From: Gemmatimonadaceae bacterium
GTDB lineage: Bacteria; Gemmatimonadota; Gemmatimonadetes; Gemmatimonadales; Gemmatimonadaceae
DNA length: 64,000 nt
Direction of reading: 5' to 3'
Assembly (NCBI GenBank): GCA_044224875.1
Contig: JBGAJQ010000007.1
Span: 57,517 to 121,516 of the forward strand
The notes below the pieces were generated by a model. That model made no database searches, was not told where the DNA came from, and saw only the letters and a list, made by a program, of their open reading frames with translations. A program made the translations under genes and the position numbers. Shown in pieces: positions 28,201-38,019 of the stretch; position 1 is the stretch's first letter; every line of letters starts with the position of its first letter.

Positions 28201-29076
28201 TTCCATGCTGGGACTGGCGTACGGCACGCACATGGAGCCGTCTGGCCGCAGCCGGAACGAGTAAATGACGCCGGGCGCCGTCTGTGCAATGCGTGCCAGT
28301 TCATCCTGAAGTTTGAGCTGTTCTCGCAGCGCGGATTCGCCGCGCTTTTCCTCACTGACATCACGGAAGACCAACACCACCCCGTGCAGTTTGCCATCGA
28401 AATGAATGGGAGCCGCGCTGTCGGCGATGGGGGTTTGACGGCCATCACGACCGAGGAGCATGGTGTGGTTGGCCAAGCCGACTGCGTGACCGGTCTGGAC
28501 AACGGATCGTACGGGATCGTCGACGGAGGCATGCGTCTCCTCGTTGACGAGACGAAAGACGTCGGAGAGCGGTTGACCGAGGGCCTCCGCATTCCGCCAA
28601 CCCGTGAGAATTTCGGCGACGCCATTCAGGAACGTCACGCGGCCGGCGAGGTCTGTCGTGATGACGGCGTCGCCAATGCTGGCGAGGGTTACCTCCTGGA
28701 GCCGCCTCGCCAGCTCCGCTCGTCGTTTCGATCGCCGGGACACTTCGCTGAACACGCTGACGAGGACGCCGAGCACAATGACCACAAGCCATTCCGTCAG
28801 CTGCATCTCAGACCGAATCGTCAGCAACCCGAACGGAGGAAGCGTGAGGTAGTCCGAGCCGAGCGCACAGAGGGCCGTTGCCAGAAGCCCGGGACCGAGG
28901 CCGCCGAAGTGTGCCGCGACAAGGATCGGGATGAGATAGATGGCCTGGGTCGACTCACCGTCGATACCGAGTTGACCCATGGCCAACCGCAGCGTGACCG
29001 TTGCGGCGCTCAAGGCGACCGCCAGGAGGTAGGGAGGCCACGGACGCCTGCGTGAGCCTTGCGACAGAATGGTCAT
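25237..29076 (-). CDS. Hybrid histidine kinase (DUF4118 TM + multiple PAS + HisKA/HATPase + REC)
   Basis: About six PAS repeats, AHDFNN, NLAVNARDAM, GTGLGL, VEDE..TDVVMP. Confidence 0.95.
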   Translation of the reverse strand: MTILSQGSRRRPWPPYLLAVALSAATVTLRLAMGQLGIDGESTQAIYLIPILVAAHFGGLGPGLLATALCALGSDYLTLPPFGLLTIRSEMQLTEWLVVIVLGVLVSVFSEVSRRSKRRAELARRLQEVTLASIGDAVITTDLAGRVTFLNGVAEILTGWRNAEALGQPLSDVFRLVNEETHASVDDPVRSVVQTGHAVGLANHTMLLGRDGRQTPIADSAAPIHFDGKLHGVVLVFRDVSEEKRGESALREQLKLQDELARIAQTAPGVIYSFRLRPDGSMCVPYASPSMEELFQLDREELARDARGLFEVMLAEDRKRVYRSIEDSATRLIPWQDEFRIRRSNGSERWLYGHSVPVADADGGVTWHGFVNDVTERKRLDQMLRATRETLQLLIEQAPVSIAMMDRQMTYLAASNRWQQEFGRGYQDLVGRRHYDIHPDLPEEWKAVHRECLAGAVRSSAGDMWEMQDGSTSWVRWAIHPWRAGNGDIGGIIIFAEDITEERRAQETVRASEQRYRDLVQMSPDAIMLVRDDRIVYTNEAGVALLGLPNAGALLGTPAFDIVHPADRPDVEADADAVKRGAPSTYPPHRVLRMDGTAREVEVRVAPYSDRDGPAIQVVLRDVTDRKRHEQEIEEREARLSGIINAAMDGIITIDEDQRIVLVNAAAERIFMRSAVDLVGQPLTTLIPQRFAASHGQQVVGFARTGATNRRMDALRPVTGVRANGEEFPVEASISQVLVDGRRLLTVILRDVTDRQRNEQALRESNERFQQLADNIHEVFWLTDPGKSRIVYVSPAYERIWGRPCSAAYGSADDWIAAVHEFDRDRVLDAAMTKQALGTYDEEYRVIRPDGTIRWIHDRASPVRDADGAVILVAGVAEDITERRELQTQLQQSQKLESIGRLAGGIAHDFNNWLTVIGGNSELLLHSVAHVPDAVSLIGEIRHAGDRAASLTRQLLAFSRQQVLEPRVFDLNGVVTDTEKMLLRLIGEDVELQTMLGQSCMVEVDPGHMVQVLMNLAVNARDAMPTGGRLTIETSNVELDAHHLALFPNAKPGRYVRLAVTDTGLGMSPDVRARVFEPFFTTKAQGQGTGLGLSVVHGIVEQSGGHIDVFSEVGRGSTFAIYLPAITYQAPAAAQAATEQHEHGDESILIVEDEESVRRVTCRALRAAGYRVYEAASGEEAMTILAQPDLSIDLLMTDVVMPGIGGRAVADAVRKTSPKTRVLFMSGYTDDAVVRHGVSHAEVAFLQKPYSVHSLLAKVRETMSRPPGPASQKVDHRPV

Positions 29077-29302
29077 GCGAAACAGGCTACCTAACGTGTG
29101 CGTTCAGACGCAAATAAGAATGCGCTCACGTGGGGATCACGAATTGAGCCCTTCGCGGTAGAGTATCGGCGCTGCTCAGAGCCCGATGATGTCGGGAACT
29201 ACCCCAATACCGCGCTGCCACCCTGCGACGCGTCCACTCTGACGTTCCGCTGGACAGTGACGGCGCCTGAGTGGTGAGAAACTCCCAATGGGGGAGGAGC
29301 GC

Positions 29303-29656
29303 CTATCGCGCTCGAGCCCGTATGCGAGTGATCTGGAGCATGGGGCCCACCATCTGAATGCTCATCATGTCGTCACGGCGGCGTCCTTCGATCTCGACAG
29401 CGACTCCATCCTGCTGAAACGCCTCGGGAAGGTTCATGGCATTGTACGTGACGCCGTCATCGCCTTGGACCGTGAAGACTCCTCCCTCGACGGTCACGTG
29501 CTTGACGACCCCGACGATATGGACAGGGGTGCCGAGAGAGTCAGGAGCCGGAGTCACGATTGTCCACCCATTGCTTGGTGCGGTGCAGCTGACGGCGGCA
29601 GCAGAGAGGAATGCAGCGGCGACCAACGGCCAGAAAGGGACCGCGAATCTAGCCAT
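29303..29656 (-). CDS. Hypothetical lipoprotein
   Basis: Lipobox AVSC; G.V..V..EGG motif; coupled to the upstream gene. Confidence 0.7.
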   Translation of the reverse strand: MARFAVPFWPLVAAAFLSAAAVSCTAPSNGWTIVTPAPDSLGTPVHIVGVVKHVTVEGGVFTVQGDDGVTYNAMNLPEAFQQDGVAVEIEGRRRDDMMSIQMVGPMLQITRIRARAR

Positions 29657-29659
29657 GGG

Positions 29660-30208
29660 TTACGCTCCACTTGGAAACTGCATGGTGTACAGCGTTGCGC
29701 GCAGACGCTGGAGGTCGGCAAGGGTGCGCGCTCGGACCGTGACACGAAGCTGGCTCCCGTCCCCGATGTCGTGCCAGAGAACCGTGGTCTCGTAGTCGAA
29801 ATTGCGGCGCCCCACGAGCACTGTGGCGAGTCGCTCGTTCACATAACATTCGGCACGAATAGCCGCGGTGAGGCCGTCTGCCCACTGACGCATGTCGGAG
29901 CCGCCGGCCGTGACCTCCATTTCCATGTACAGCTGACGATCCCGTGCCGAATAGTGTCGAAGAAGGAACGTCCGGCCTTCCACGGACTTCATTTCCGGCA
30001 CGACACGGAAGCGCGTGGCACCCAGTGAATCGAGCCGCCAGCCGAAGTCATCAACGGTCAGGTCCTGACAGGGGTGCTTCATGAAGGAATCGTCCGCCTC
30101 GACCACAGGCTCACCCGCCGGCGCCTGCATGGGCACATGGCGACAGCCAGTTGAAACGAGGGCCGAAGCGAGGACGAACCAGCGGGGGGCGAGGGGTCGA
30201 CTCATCAT
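29660..30208 (-). CDS. Hypothetical lipoprotein
   Basis: Lipobox STGC; AGGAG RBS. Confidence 0.65.
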   Translation of the reverse strand: MMSRPLAPRWFVLASALVSTGCRHVPMQAPAGEPVVEADDSFMKHPCQDLTVDDFGWRLDSLGATRFRVVPEMKSVEGRTFLLRHYSARDRQLYMEMEVTAGGSDMRQWADGLTAAIRAECYVNERLATVLVGRRNFDYETTVLWHDIGDGSQLRVTVRARTLADLQRLRATLYTMQFPSGA

Positions 30209-30446
30209 GCGCTCCTGAAAATAGCGGATGTGAGACCCCTCCGCGGCGGGGGAGGTCCGTCACCGAAGCAATCGGGCGCTGCGGTTGGCCAGCGCTGGGC
30301 GTGCGCTCGTCCTCAGTGAACGTGGTTCGTCACCGCATGTGTGTGCCTGATGTTCCTGGCGCACAGCTTTGAGCAATCGACTTACCCAACTTGCATCCGG
30401 GAGCACAACCATGGCCCACGCATTGTCTGACTTGTTGGCAACTCCG

Positions 30447-31166
30447 ATGGACCGGCGAGAGTTCATCACGAATTTCGGTGCTGTGGCCACCGTCGCGACG
30501 GCGGCGTGCAAGTCAACGAGAACGGAAGCCACATCCACCGGGTTGCATCCATTGGGGCTCGCAACGACTGGCAGGGATGGCGTCCTGTTCGTTCCGAGCT
30601 CATACGTTCCCGCGACGCCGCTGCCCCTGCTGGTCCTGTTGCACGGTGCCGGCGGGTCGTCCGCGAACTGGTTTGGCTCCTACGCGGCGCGTGCGGAGTC
30701 CGCGAAGTTCATACTGCTCGCCCCCGACTCGCGATTCACCACGTGGGATACCTCACTTGGTGCGTCCTTCAGTCTCGACGTTCCATTCATCGACCTGGCG
30801 CTTCGCGAGACGTTCAAGAAGTGCGCGGTGGACGCGTCGAAGATTGCGCTGGCGGGGTTCTCTGACGGCGCTTCCTACGCGCTGTCCGTTGGCCTGGCCA
30901 ACGGCGATCTGTTCGATCGGGTGATCGCCTACTCTCCCGGGTACTTCGCGGATTCAACGCGCCGCGGAAAACCGCGGATGTTCTTCTCGCACGGCACCGC
31001 CGATTCCGTGCTGCCAATTGATCGCGCAAGTCGCACGCTGGTGCCGCGATTTCGCAGTGAGGGCTACACAATCGAGTACACCGAGTTCGCCGGCGGACAT
31101 GAGGTTCCCGCGACCATTTCGGATCAGGCGTTTAACTGGCTCAAGAGCGGGTGGGGGCTCGCGTAG
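30447..31166 (+). CDS. Tat-exported alpha/beta hydrolase (phospholipase/carboxylesterase)
   Basis: DRREF Tat motif with Cys, LHGAGG, GFSDG nucleophile, HGTAD, GGH. Confidence 0.88.
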   Translation: MDRREFITNFGAVATVATAACKSTRTEATSTGLHPLGLATTGRDGVLFVPSSYVPATPLPLLVLLHGAGGSSANWFGSYAARAESAKFILLAPDSRFTTWDTSLGASFSLDVPFIDLALRETFKKCAVDASKIALAGFSDGASYALSVGLANGDLFDRVIAYSPGYFADSTRRGKPRMFFSHGTADSVLPIDRASRTLVPRFRSEGYTIEYTEFAGGHEVPATISDQAFNWLKSGWGLA

Positions 31167-31276
31167 GGGGCCTTCTTCCGGCGAGCACGCCAGCTGCGAC
31201 GCTCAGGACGGAGCGAAACTGAAAGCAAGGAGAGGCACCTTCGCCACGCGCGTCGCCGATCCCCTAGCTTTCGAGC

Positions 31277-33616
31277 ATGCCGACCCCTGGTTTGCACTCA
31301 CAACGTCTCAAGGAAGAGTGGCTATGGGGGTGGGATCCCACGCCAGGGATAGTTTCCGTCTGGGCTGACGGTGATGGGCACGCACTGATTTGGCGACGTC
31401 TGCCTCACTCCGGCGTGTTGGTGCGCGAGGAAGCCCGATTCCAGCCGTGGATGCTGCTGGACCAGCTGACGGATCTGGAGCATCTGGGCAACCGCTTGGC
31501 GATTGAAGGGACGTTAGGTGCCACAGTGACCTACCGGCTGCTCTCAGGTCCTGGTGCGCTGCGATACCTGGTGCAGGCGGCTCAGACCAGAGTCTTGTCG
31601 AGTGCCGTCCTGCACGGTGCGTCGAGGCGCCTTGGACGCCGCATCGGTCATCTGCGCGAGCTCTATCTCTCGTACGACCAGCTGCATCGACTGCAGTTCG
31701 ACCTCGAGACCACCGGACTGGACGCGCACCACGATCGCATCTTCATGGTGGCTGTGCGGCTTCCCGACGGATCGACGGACGTGCTGGAGGCCGACGGGGC
31801 TGGGCCAGACGCCGAGGCCCGCCTCATTACCCGGTTGGTCGGCGTCATCCAAGCCGCGGATCCCGACGTGATCGAGAACCACAATCTGCACGGCTTTGAC
31901 CTGCCGTTCCTGGAGCGACGTGCGCGGGTGCTGGGCGTGCCTCTCGTCCTCGGCCGCCTTCGCCACGGAATGACGCAGCGCGCCGCGCGCCGCGGTGCCT
32001 CGAACCCGGCGGACAACCGGCGCCGCATACGGTTCGTCGCCCCGGGTCGTGAGCTCATCGACACCATGGACGCGGTGATTCGACACGACTTCTCAGCGCG
32101 CGATCTACCGGGCCACGGTCTCAAGGCAGTGGCTCGGCACTTCGGGATCGCGAAAGCGGATCGAGAGCAGATCCCCGGTGCGCTGATCTACGAGACGTAT
32201 TGCCAGGACCCCAATCGTGTGCGCCGATACGCCGCGTCGGACGTGGAGGAGGTCGCAGGCCTCTCGCGTGTGTTAGGCGGCGCAGCGTTCGCCTTGGCCC
32301 GCATGGCACCGCGCCGGTACGAACGCTTGGCGGATGCTGGCGCCGCTACCGGAGTGATCGATCCCATGCTGGTGCGAGCGTACCTTCGCTCGGGCGAAGC
32401 GTTGCCCGCGCACGCGACCGGCCGGGATGTCGAGCACAGTGGGGCCGCTCTGCATCTCTTTGCGGCGGGTGTGGCTCAACGCGTGGTGAAAGCTGACGTC
32501 GCCAGCCTGTATCCATCCCTGATGCGTGCCTACCGGATAGGTCCCAAGCGCGACCACCTGGGCGTCTTGCTCGCTCTCGTGGACGGGCTCGTGACCCAAA
32601 GGCTCCAGGCCAAGGCACTGGCTAGGGAAGCGCCGGCCGGATCGGCGGAGCGATTCACGCACGAGGCGATGTCGGCCGCCATGAAGATCGTGGTCAACTC
32701 GGCCTATGGATACCTCGCGGCCGGCGGTGGGCTCACGCGATTCGCGGATGTCGACGCCGCGAACGAAGTGACGCGACGCGGGCGCGAAGTGCTGGACTTG
32801 ATGTGTCACGCGTTGGCCGAGCGCGGTGTCACGCTGCTGGAGGCGGACACCGACGGGGTTTACTTCGCGGTGCCCGAGTCGTGGAGTGAGCCCGATGAGC
32901 AGCGCGTGGTGGCCGACGTGGCGACCCTGTTGCCACCCCTCGTTCAGCTGGAGTTCGAAGGACGCTACCGAGCCATGCTTTCCCACGAGCCCAAGAACTA
33001 CGCATTGCTCAAGTACGATGGTGCCTTGATCCTGAAGGGTGTAGCGTTTCGCTCGAGTCGGGCGGAGCCGTTTGGCGAGACCTTCCTGCGCCGCGCCGTA
33101 GCGTGCTTGTTGGTTGGTGATATCGTCGGCGTTCGAGAGGCATACGTGCAAACCTTGTCAGCCCTCAGGCGGCGCGAGTTGTCCCTGCACGCGGTATCGT
33201 CACGCGTGCGCCTAACGAAGAGCCCCGTGCAATACGCGGCCGTCCGTGACACGCGTCGTGAGCTAACCTACGAGGCGATGCTCGCGAGTGGACGGACGCA
33301 GTGGACCGTGGGGGACCGAGTGCGCGTCTATCGCACGGCGACACGTGGCGGTGAGCGAGAAGGAGGGAGAGCGTCTGCCAGTGGCCGCGTCGTCCCATCG
33401 AGTGACGGACCCGAAGAGCAACGGGCCGTACGCGACTATGACGTAGCGCATTACGCGAGGATCTTACGAGAGTCGTTCGCCTCGCGGCTGGCGCGAGCGT
33501 TTTCCGCTGAAGACTTCGAGAGTGTGTTTGCCGATCCCGAGCAGCCGTCACTCTTCTCCACACCCATCGATCGAGTGACGACGCGCTTGACGCACTTCCG
33601 CCGCGTGACTCCCTGA
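31277..33616 (+). CDS. Family B DNA polymerase with 3'-5' exonuclease domain
   Basis: ExoI DLETTG, ExoII HNLHGFD, ExoIII YAASD; DVASLYPS, KIVVNSAYG, ADTDG. Confidence 0.92.
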   Translation: MPTPGLHSQRLKEEWLWGWDPTPGIVSVWADGDGHALIWRRLPHSGVLVREEARFQPWMLLDQLTDLEHLGNRLAIEGTLGATVTYRLLSGPGALRYLVQAAQTRVLSSAVLHGASRRLGRRIGHLRELYLSYDQLHRLQFDLETTGLDAHHDRIFMVAVRLPDGSTDVLEADGAGPDAEARLITRLVGVIQAADPDVIENHNLHGFDLPFLERRARVLGVPLVLGRLRHGMTQRAARRGASNPADNRRRIRFVAPGRELIDTMDAVIRHDFSARDLPGHGLKAVARHFGIAKADREQIPGALIYETYCQDPNRVRRYAASDVEEVAGLSRVLGGAAFALARMAPRRYERLADAGAATGVIDPMLVRAYLRSGEALPAHATGRDVEHSGAALHLFAAGVAQRVVKADVASLYPSLMRAYRIGPKRDHLGVLLALVDGLVTQRLQAKALAREAPAGSAERFTHEAMSAAMKIVVNSAYGYLAAGGGLTRFADVDAANEVTRRGREVLDLMCHALAERGVTLLEADTDGVYFAVPESWSEPDEQRVVADVATLLPPLVQLEFEGRYRAMLSHEPKNYALLKYDGALILKGVAFRSSRAEPFGETFLRRAVACLLVGDIVGVREAYVQTLSALRRRELSLHAVSSRVRLTKSPVQYAAVRDTRRELTYEAMLASGRTQWTVGDRVRVYRTATRGGEREGGRASASGRVVPSSDGPEEQRAVRDYDVAHYARILRESFASRLARAFSAEDFESVFADPEQPSLFSTPIDRVTTRLTHFRRVTP

Positions 33617-33877
33617 TGCCTGACGTCGTTGTACGAGGGACCAGACAGGCTCCATGAGATTGGTTGGTGCTAATCGACGCCTCGCTGTGACAAGTTTGGT
33701 CATCACTATTCAACGAGATGGAGCTGTTGCACGTGTAAAGAGTTGGGTAGGGGCCTGAGCGTTGGGCTGGCGCACGTTCGGGAGTCCTGTGGGATTGTGA
33801 AGGCCATCTAATCTGTAAATGTTAGGCACGACACTGCGCGGCCGACTGCGCCGCCGCGAAAACTGCTCGGCGACACC

Positions 33878-36775
33878 GTGACCAGCGATCCGCGTTCGTC
33901 ACACGAAGCCCACAACCCGCCTGCTGGCGAGCGCACGCGCGATGCGCGCTTCGAGGCGTTGTGCGACAGCATCTCCGACGTCATCGTGGAAATCGCCGCG
34001 GACAGCACGATCCTGTCCGTGAACAGCTCGTGTGAAGCGATGTTCGGTTACACACGCGCGGAGTTGATTGGACAGCCCCTGCAGCAGCTCATGCCGGAGC
34101 GACTGCGCGAGCTGCATCACGCCGGGATCGAACGATACCTCGTCAGCGGCACCCCTCGAATTTCGTGGAGTAGCGTGCGGCTCGAGGCGAGACATCGTTC
34201 CGGGCGCGAGTTTCCCGTTGAAGTATCATTTGGCGCGTATCGGGTTGGACCGGACCACCGCTTTGCCGGCGTGATTCGTGACGTTTCGGCGCGGGAGTTG
34301 GCCGAAGTCGCGCGGCGGGAGCGCGACGAGCGCCTGTTCGATGTGTTCCGAGCCAGCCCGGTGGGCATGGCCATCACGCGCTTGCACGACAGGACCTTCC
34401 TCGACGTGAACGCCGAGTTCACTCGCCTCACGGGTTGGGCGCGAGAAGACATCGTTGGGAAGACCGTCGGCGAAGCCGGACTGCTCGACAGCGCAACGTC
34501 CGAGGCACTTCGAAACAAGCGCATGGCGGTGGGCACGCTGCACGGCGAGGAAGTCACCATACGCACCCGCGAGGGCACGACGTGCGCGCTTCTCCTGAGC
34601 ACCGAGCTCATCACGCTCCAAGGCGAGGCGGCATCCATTACGACGTTTACCGACATCACGCGACGTCGCGAGGCCGAGGAGAGGCTTCAGCGGTTGAACA
34701 GAACCTACGCGGTACTGAGCGACATCAACCAGCTGATCGTTCGAGAGCGCGAGCCGCAGGCGTTGTTCGAGGGGGCGTGCCAGATCGCCGTTACGAAGGG
34801 TGGCTTCGCCCTTGCCTGGGTTGGCTTGCGAAGTGCCAGTGGGCGGTTGACGCTGACGGCACAGGCGGGAGCCAGCGTGGACACCGTCGAGATCCTCCAG
34901 TATCTCCTGCGTGACCCGGTGCCTGAGTGTGCCTTTACGGCTCGAGCCGTCGCCACGCGCGAGGCCGCGTCCTGCAACGACATCGAGCACGATCCGCTCG
35001 CCACGCTCTGGCGGGAGGCTGCCCTCGAGCGCGGCTACCGATCGATGATTTCTCTACCGATTGTTCTGCTTGGCAACACAATCGGAACCTTGAATCTCTA
35101 CGCGACCGCGCGCGACTTCTTCGATGCCGATGAGTTGAGGCTGCTCACCGAGTTGGCGAGCGATATCGGGTTTGCCCTGGAGGGATTTGAGCGCGAACGC
35201 GAGCGACTGAAGGCCCTGGACGATCTCAGCGCTAGTCAGACGGAGCAACGAAAGAACGAAGAGCAGTTCAGGCTGTTGATTGAAAGCGCGTCCGACCTGA
35301 TCGGTGTGATCAATCATGCAGGCGTGATCCGATTTGTCAGTCCGTCCGCGCAGACGTCGCTGGGCTACGAGCCTGGCGAACTCTCCGGCCAGCGCCTCTT
35401 TGAGCTGGTGCATCCAGACGATCGCTCGCTCGTGCAGGCATTTGTCGGGCGGGCCGTCGCGACGCCGGGCGTGACCGTCACCGAGGAGTTTCGGATTCGC
35501 CATCGGGAGGAGGATTGGCGCATCCTGCAATGCCGAGGACGGAGTATCCCGCATCGAGAGCCTGAGGGGTACCTGGTGCTGAATGCGCGCGACATCACGG
35601 AGAGTCGCCTCCTCGAGGAGCAGTTCCGGCAGGCACAGAAGATGGAGGCCATTGGACAACTCGCTGGAGGTGTGGCGCACGACTTCAACAACATCCTGGC
35701 CGTGGTCATGATGCAGGCGGAACTGACGTCCACCACCCCCCAGCTCCCTGACGCGGCGCGGGAAGGGATCCGGGAGATTGGCGTGGCGGCGGAGCGGGCG
35801 GCGAAGCTCACCCGCCAGCTGTTACAGGTGAGTCGCCGACAAGTCATGCAGCCACGCGTGGTGGACGCCAACGCGGTGGTCACGGCCATGACGTCGATGC
35901 TGCAGCGAGTGCTTGGCGAGGATATCCAGCTGCAACTCCACTTGCACCCGGGGCCGCTTCCCACCCGCGCTGACTCGGCGATGTTGGACCAGGCGCTGTT
36001 GAACCTGGTCATCAACGCGCGCGATGCGATGCCAGGCGGCGGACGGTTGATCGTGGCCACCGACGAGCGCACGTTGGCTTCGGGCGACATCCGGTCGATT
36101 CCCGACGCCGCGCCGGGCAACTACGTGACGATTCGCGTGACCGACACAGGACGAGGAATCGCACCCAAGGACCTGTCGCGCGTCTTCGATCCGTTCTTCA
36201 CGACCAAGGAGCCCGGGAAGGGAACAGGGCTGGGCTTGGCGACCGTGTTTGGAATTGTGAAGCAACACGCTGGCGCGTTGCGCGTGGAGAGCGTAGTCGG
36301 TCGTGGATCCATGTTCGAGGTGATGCTGCCGAAAGCCGCCGGCCACGTGCCATCGAAAGAGGAGACGACCGCCGTCCTCCCGTGGGTGGGCGGCACAGAG
36401 ACAGTGCTCGTCGTGGAAGACGAACCCGCCGTGCGCCTTTCCACGCGCTCCGTACTGGAACAGCAAGGGTATCGCGTGCTGGAAGCGGCCAACGGCCCCG
36501 AAGCACTCAAGCTTTGGGAACATCAAGCCGGGGAAGTCGAGCTGCTGGTGACGGACATCGTCATGCCCGGCGGGATTACGGGAAGAGACCTGGCGGCTCG
36601 GCTGCGAGAGCGGCAGCCAGGCCTTCGGGTGATCTTCAGCAGCGGTTACAGTGCCGAAACCGTTGGGGGCGACCTGCTAGCTCAGGGGACCCAACACTTC
36701 CTCCAGAAGCCGTACCCACCACAGGAACTGTTGCGTGCCGTGCGGCGGTGTCTGGATGAGCCCAGCCCGGGCTGA
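33878..36775 (+). CDS. Cytoplasmic hybrid histidine kinase (PAS-PAS-GAF-PAS-HK-REC)
   Basis: PAS motifs, GAF, AHDFNN, NARDAM, GTGLGL, TDIVMP. Confidence 0.95.
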   Translation: MTSDPRSSHEAHNPPAGERTRDARFEALCDSISDVIVEIAADSTILSVNSSCEAMFGYTRAELIGQPLQQLMPERLRELHHAGIERYLVSGTPRISWSSVRLEARHRSGREFPVEVSFGAYRVGPDHRFAGVIRDVSARELAEVARRERDERLFDVFRASPVGMAITRLHDRTFLDVNAEFTRLTGWAREDIVGKTVGEAGLLDSATSEALRNKRMAVGTLHGEEVTIRTREGTTCALLLSTELITLQGEAASITTFTDITRRREAEERLQRLNRTYAVLSDINQLIVREREPQALFEGACQIAVTKGGFALAWVGLRSASGRLTLTAQAGASVDTVEILQYLLRDPVPECAFTARAVATREAASCNDIEHDPLATLWREAALERGYRSMISLPIVLLGNTIGTLNLYATARDFFDADELRLLTELASDIGFALEGFERERERLKALDDLSASQTEQRKNEEQFRLLIESASDLIGVINHAGVIRFVSPSAQTSLGYEPGELSGQRLFELVHPDDRSLVQAFVGRAVATPGVTVTEEFRIRHREEDWRILQCRGRSIPHREPEGYLVLNARDITESRLLEEQFRQAQKMEAIGQLAGGVAHDFNNILAVVMMQAELTSTTPQLPDAAREGIREIGVAAERAAKLTRQLLQVSRRQVMQPRVVDANAVVTAMTSMLQRVLGEDIQLQLHLHPGPLPTRADSAMLDQALLNLVINARDAMPGGGRLIVATDERTLASGDIRSIPDAAPGNYVTIRVTDTGRGIAPKDLSRVFDPFFTTKEPGKGTGLGLATVFGIVKQHAGALRVESVVGRGSMFEVMLPKAAGHVPSKEETTAVLPWVGGTETVLVVEDEPAVRLSTRSVLEQQGYRVLEAANGPEALKLWEHQAGEVELLVTDIVMPGGITGRDLAARLRERQPGLRVIFSSGYSAETVGGDLLAQGTQHFLQKPYPPQELLRAVRRCLDEPSPG

Positions 36776-36956
36776 GAGTCAGAGAAGCGCCGGCTCGAGG
36801 CGGCGGCAGCGACTTTGGCGGCAACGCTGAGAATCGGTGTAGGGTGAGAAGGACCGCGTCCGCCTAAACCGACGGCGTGCCGTCACGAAAACCACACGGT
36901 GTGGCGGTCCGGGGACCAGTTGAGCGTTAGGCACACCGCCTGCTAAGATTGTTGCG

Positions 36957-38019
36957 ATGCCTGGTCTCCTGACGCTTCGTGCGGGTCCCGATGCCCTGAA
37001 GGTCCTCCGCACGCGTGGGCTGGTCGCGTCGGACATCGATATACTGCCCGGCGCGCGGGAGGCGCGAAGTGGCTGGTGATCGGGGACTGGACCAGTACCT
37101 GTTCGGAGAGTTCCTCCAGACGCCGCGAGACCGCCCGCTGCACCTGATCGGATCGTCGATCGGGAGTTGGCGCATGGCCTGTCTGGCCCAGCGGGATCCA
37201 CTGGCGGCATTGGCCCGCGGCCATCACGCCTACATCTACGAGCAACGCTACTCAAGGAAGCCGGCGCCAGACGAAGTGACGCGGGTACTGACGCGGGCGT
37301 TGGACCTGTTGTTAGGCGAACGGGGCGTGGATGAGATCCTGACGCATCCGTGGGCGCGTCTGCACATCATCACGGCCGCTGCCCGGGGTCTTCTGGCTTC
37401 GCGCCATCGCCTCCCGTTGACGACGGGCCTATTGTTGACGGTGGCGGGCAATCTGGTCGGGCGCCACCGCCTGTCTCGTCGCCTCGAACGCGTCATCTTC
37501 GATGCGGCTGGCGACGAATCGCCATTTCGCTCCTTGGCCGACCTGCCGACATCGCACGAGCGACTAACCCGTGACAACCTCCGTGCGGCGCTGCTGGCCT
37601 CGGGTTCGATCCCCTTGCTCATGGAGGGGGTTCGGATTCCCACCGATCCGCACCGGCTCTACTGGGATGGCGGCATCCTAGACTACCACCCCGACCTGGA
37701 TTTCGGTCAAGGCGATGGGCTGGTCCTCTACCCGCACTTCTATGAGCACGTCATTCCCGGGTGGTTCGACAAGTCACTGCCTTGGCGGCGTGCCAGTGGC
37801 GAGAACTTTCGACGGGCGCTGCTGATTGCGCCGTCGGCGGCGTTTGTGCGGTCACTGCCTGGCGGCAAGATTCCCGACCGGCAGGACTTCTACGACTTCC
37901 CGAATGAGGAGCGCATGTCGCGGTGGCAGCGCGTGCTTGACGCCAGCCGTGCTCTTGGCGACGAGCTGCGTGAGTTGGTGCTGACGGGAAGGCTTGTGGA
38001 CCGCGTCATTCCCTGGTGA
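36957..38019 (+). pseudogene. Patatin-like phospholipase with two apparent -1 frameshifts near 37055 and 37082
   Basis: MPGLLTLRAGP..LPGA / GGAKWLVI / GLDQYLF in successive frames; GSSIG and WDGG motifs downstream. Confidence 0.8.

Noticed and set aside
29077..29302. Possible ncRNA or riboswitch in an intergenic gap
   Set aside because: No recognisable conserved structure; needs an Rfam scan
33617..33877. AT-richer intergenic region with TGAC-N7-GTCA
   Set aside because: Short palindrome that cannot be assigned to a regulator and may be chance
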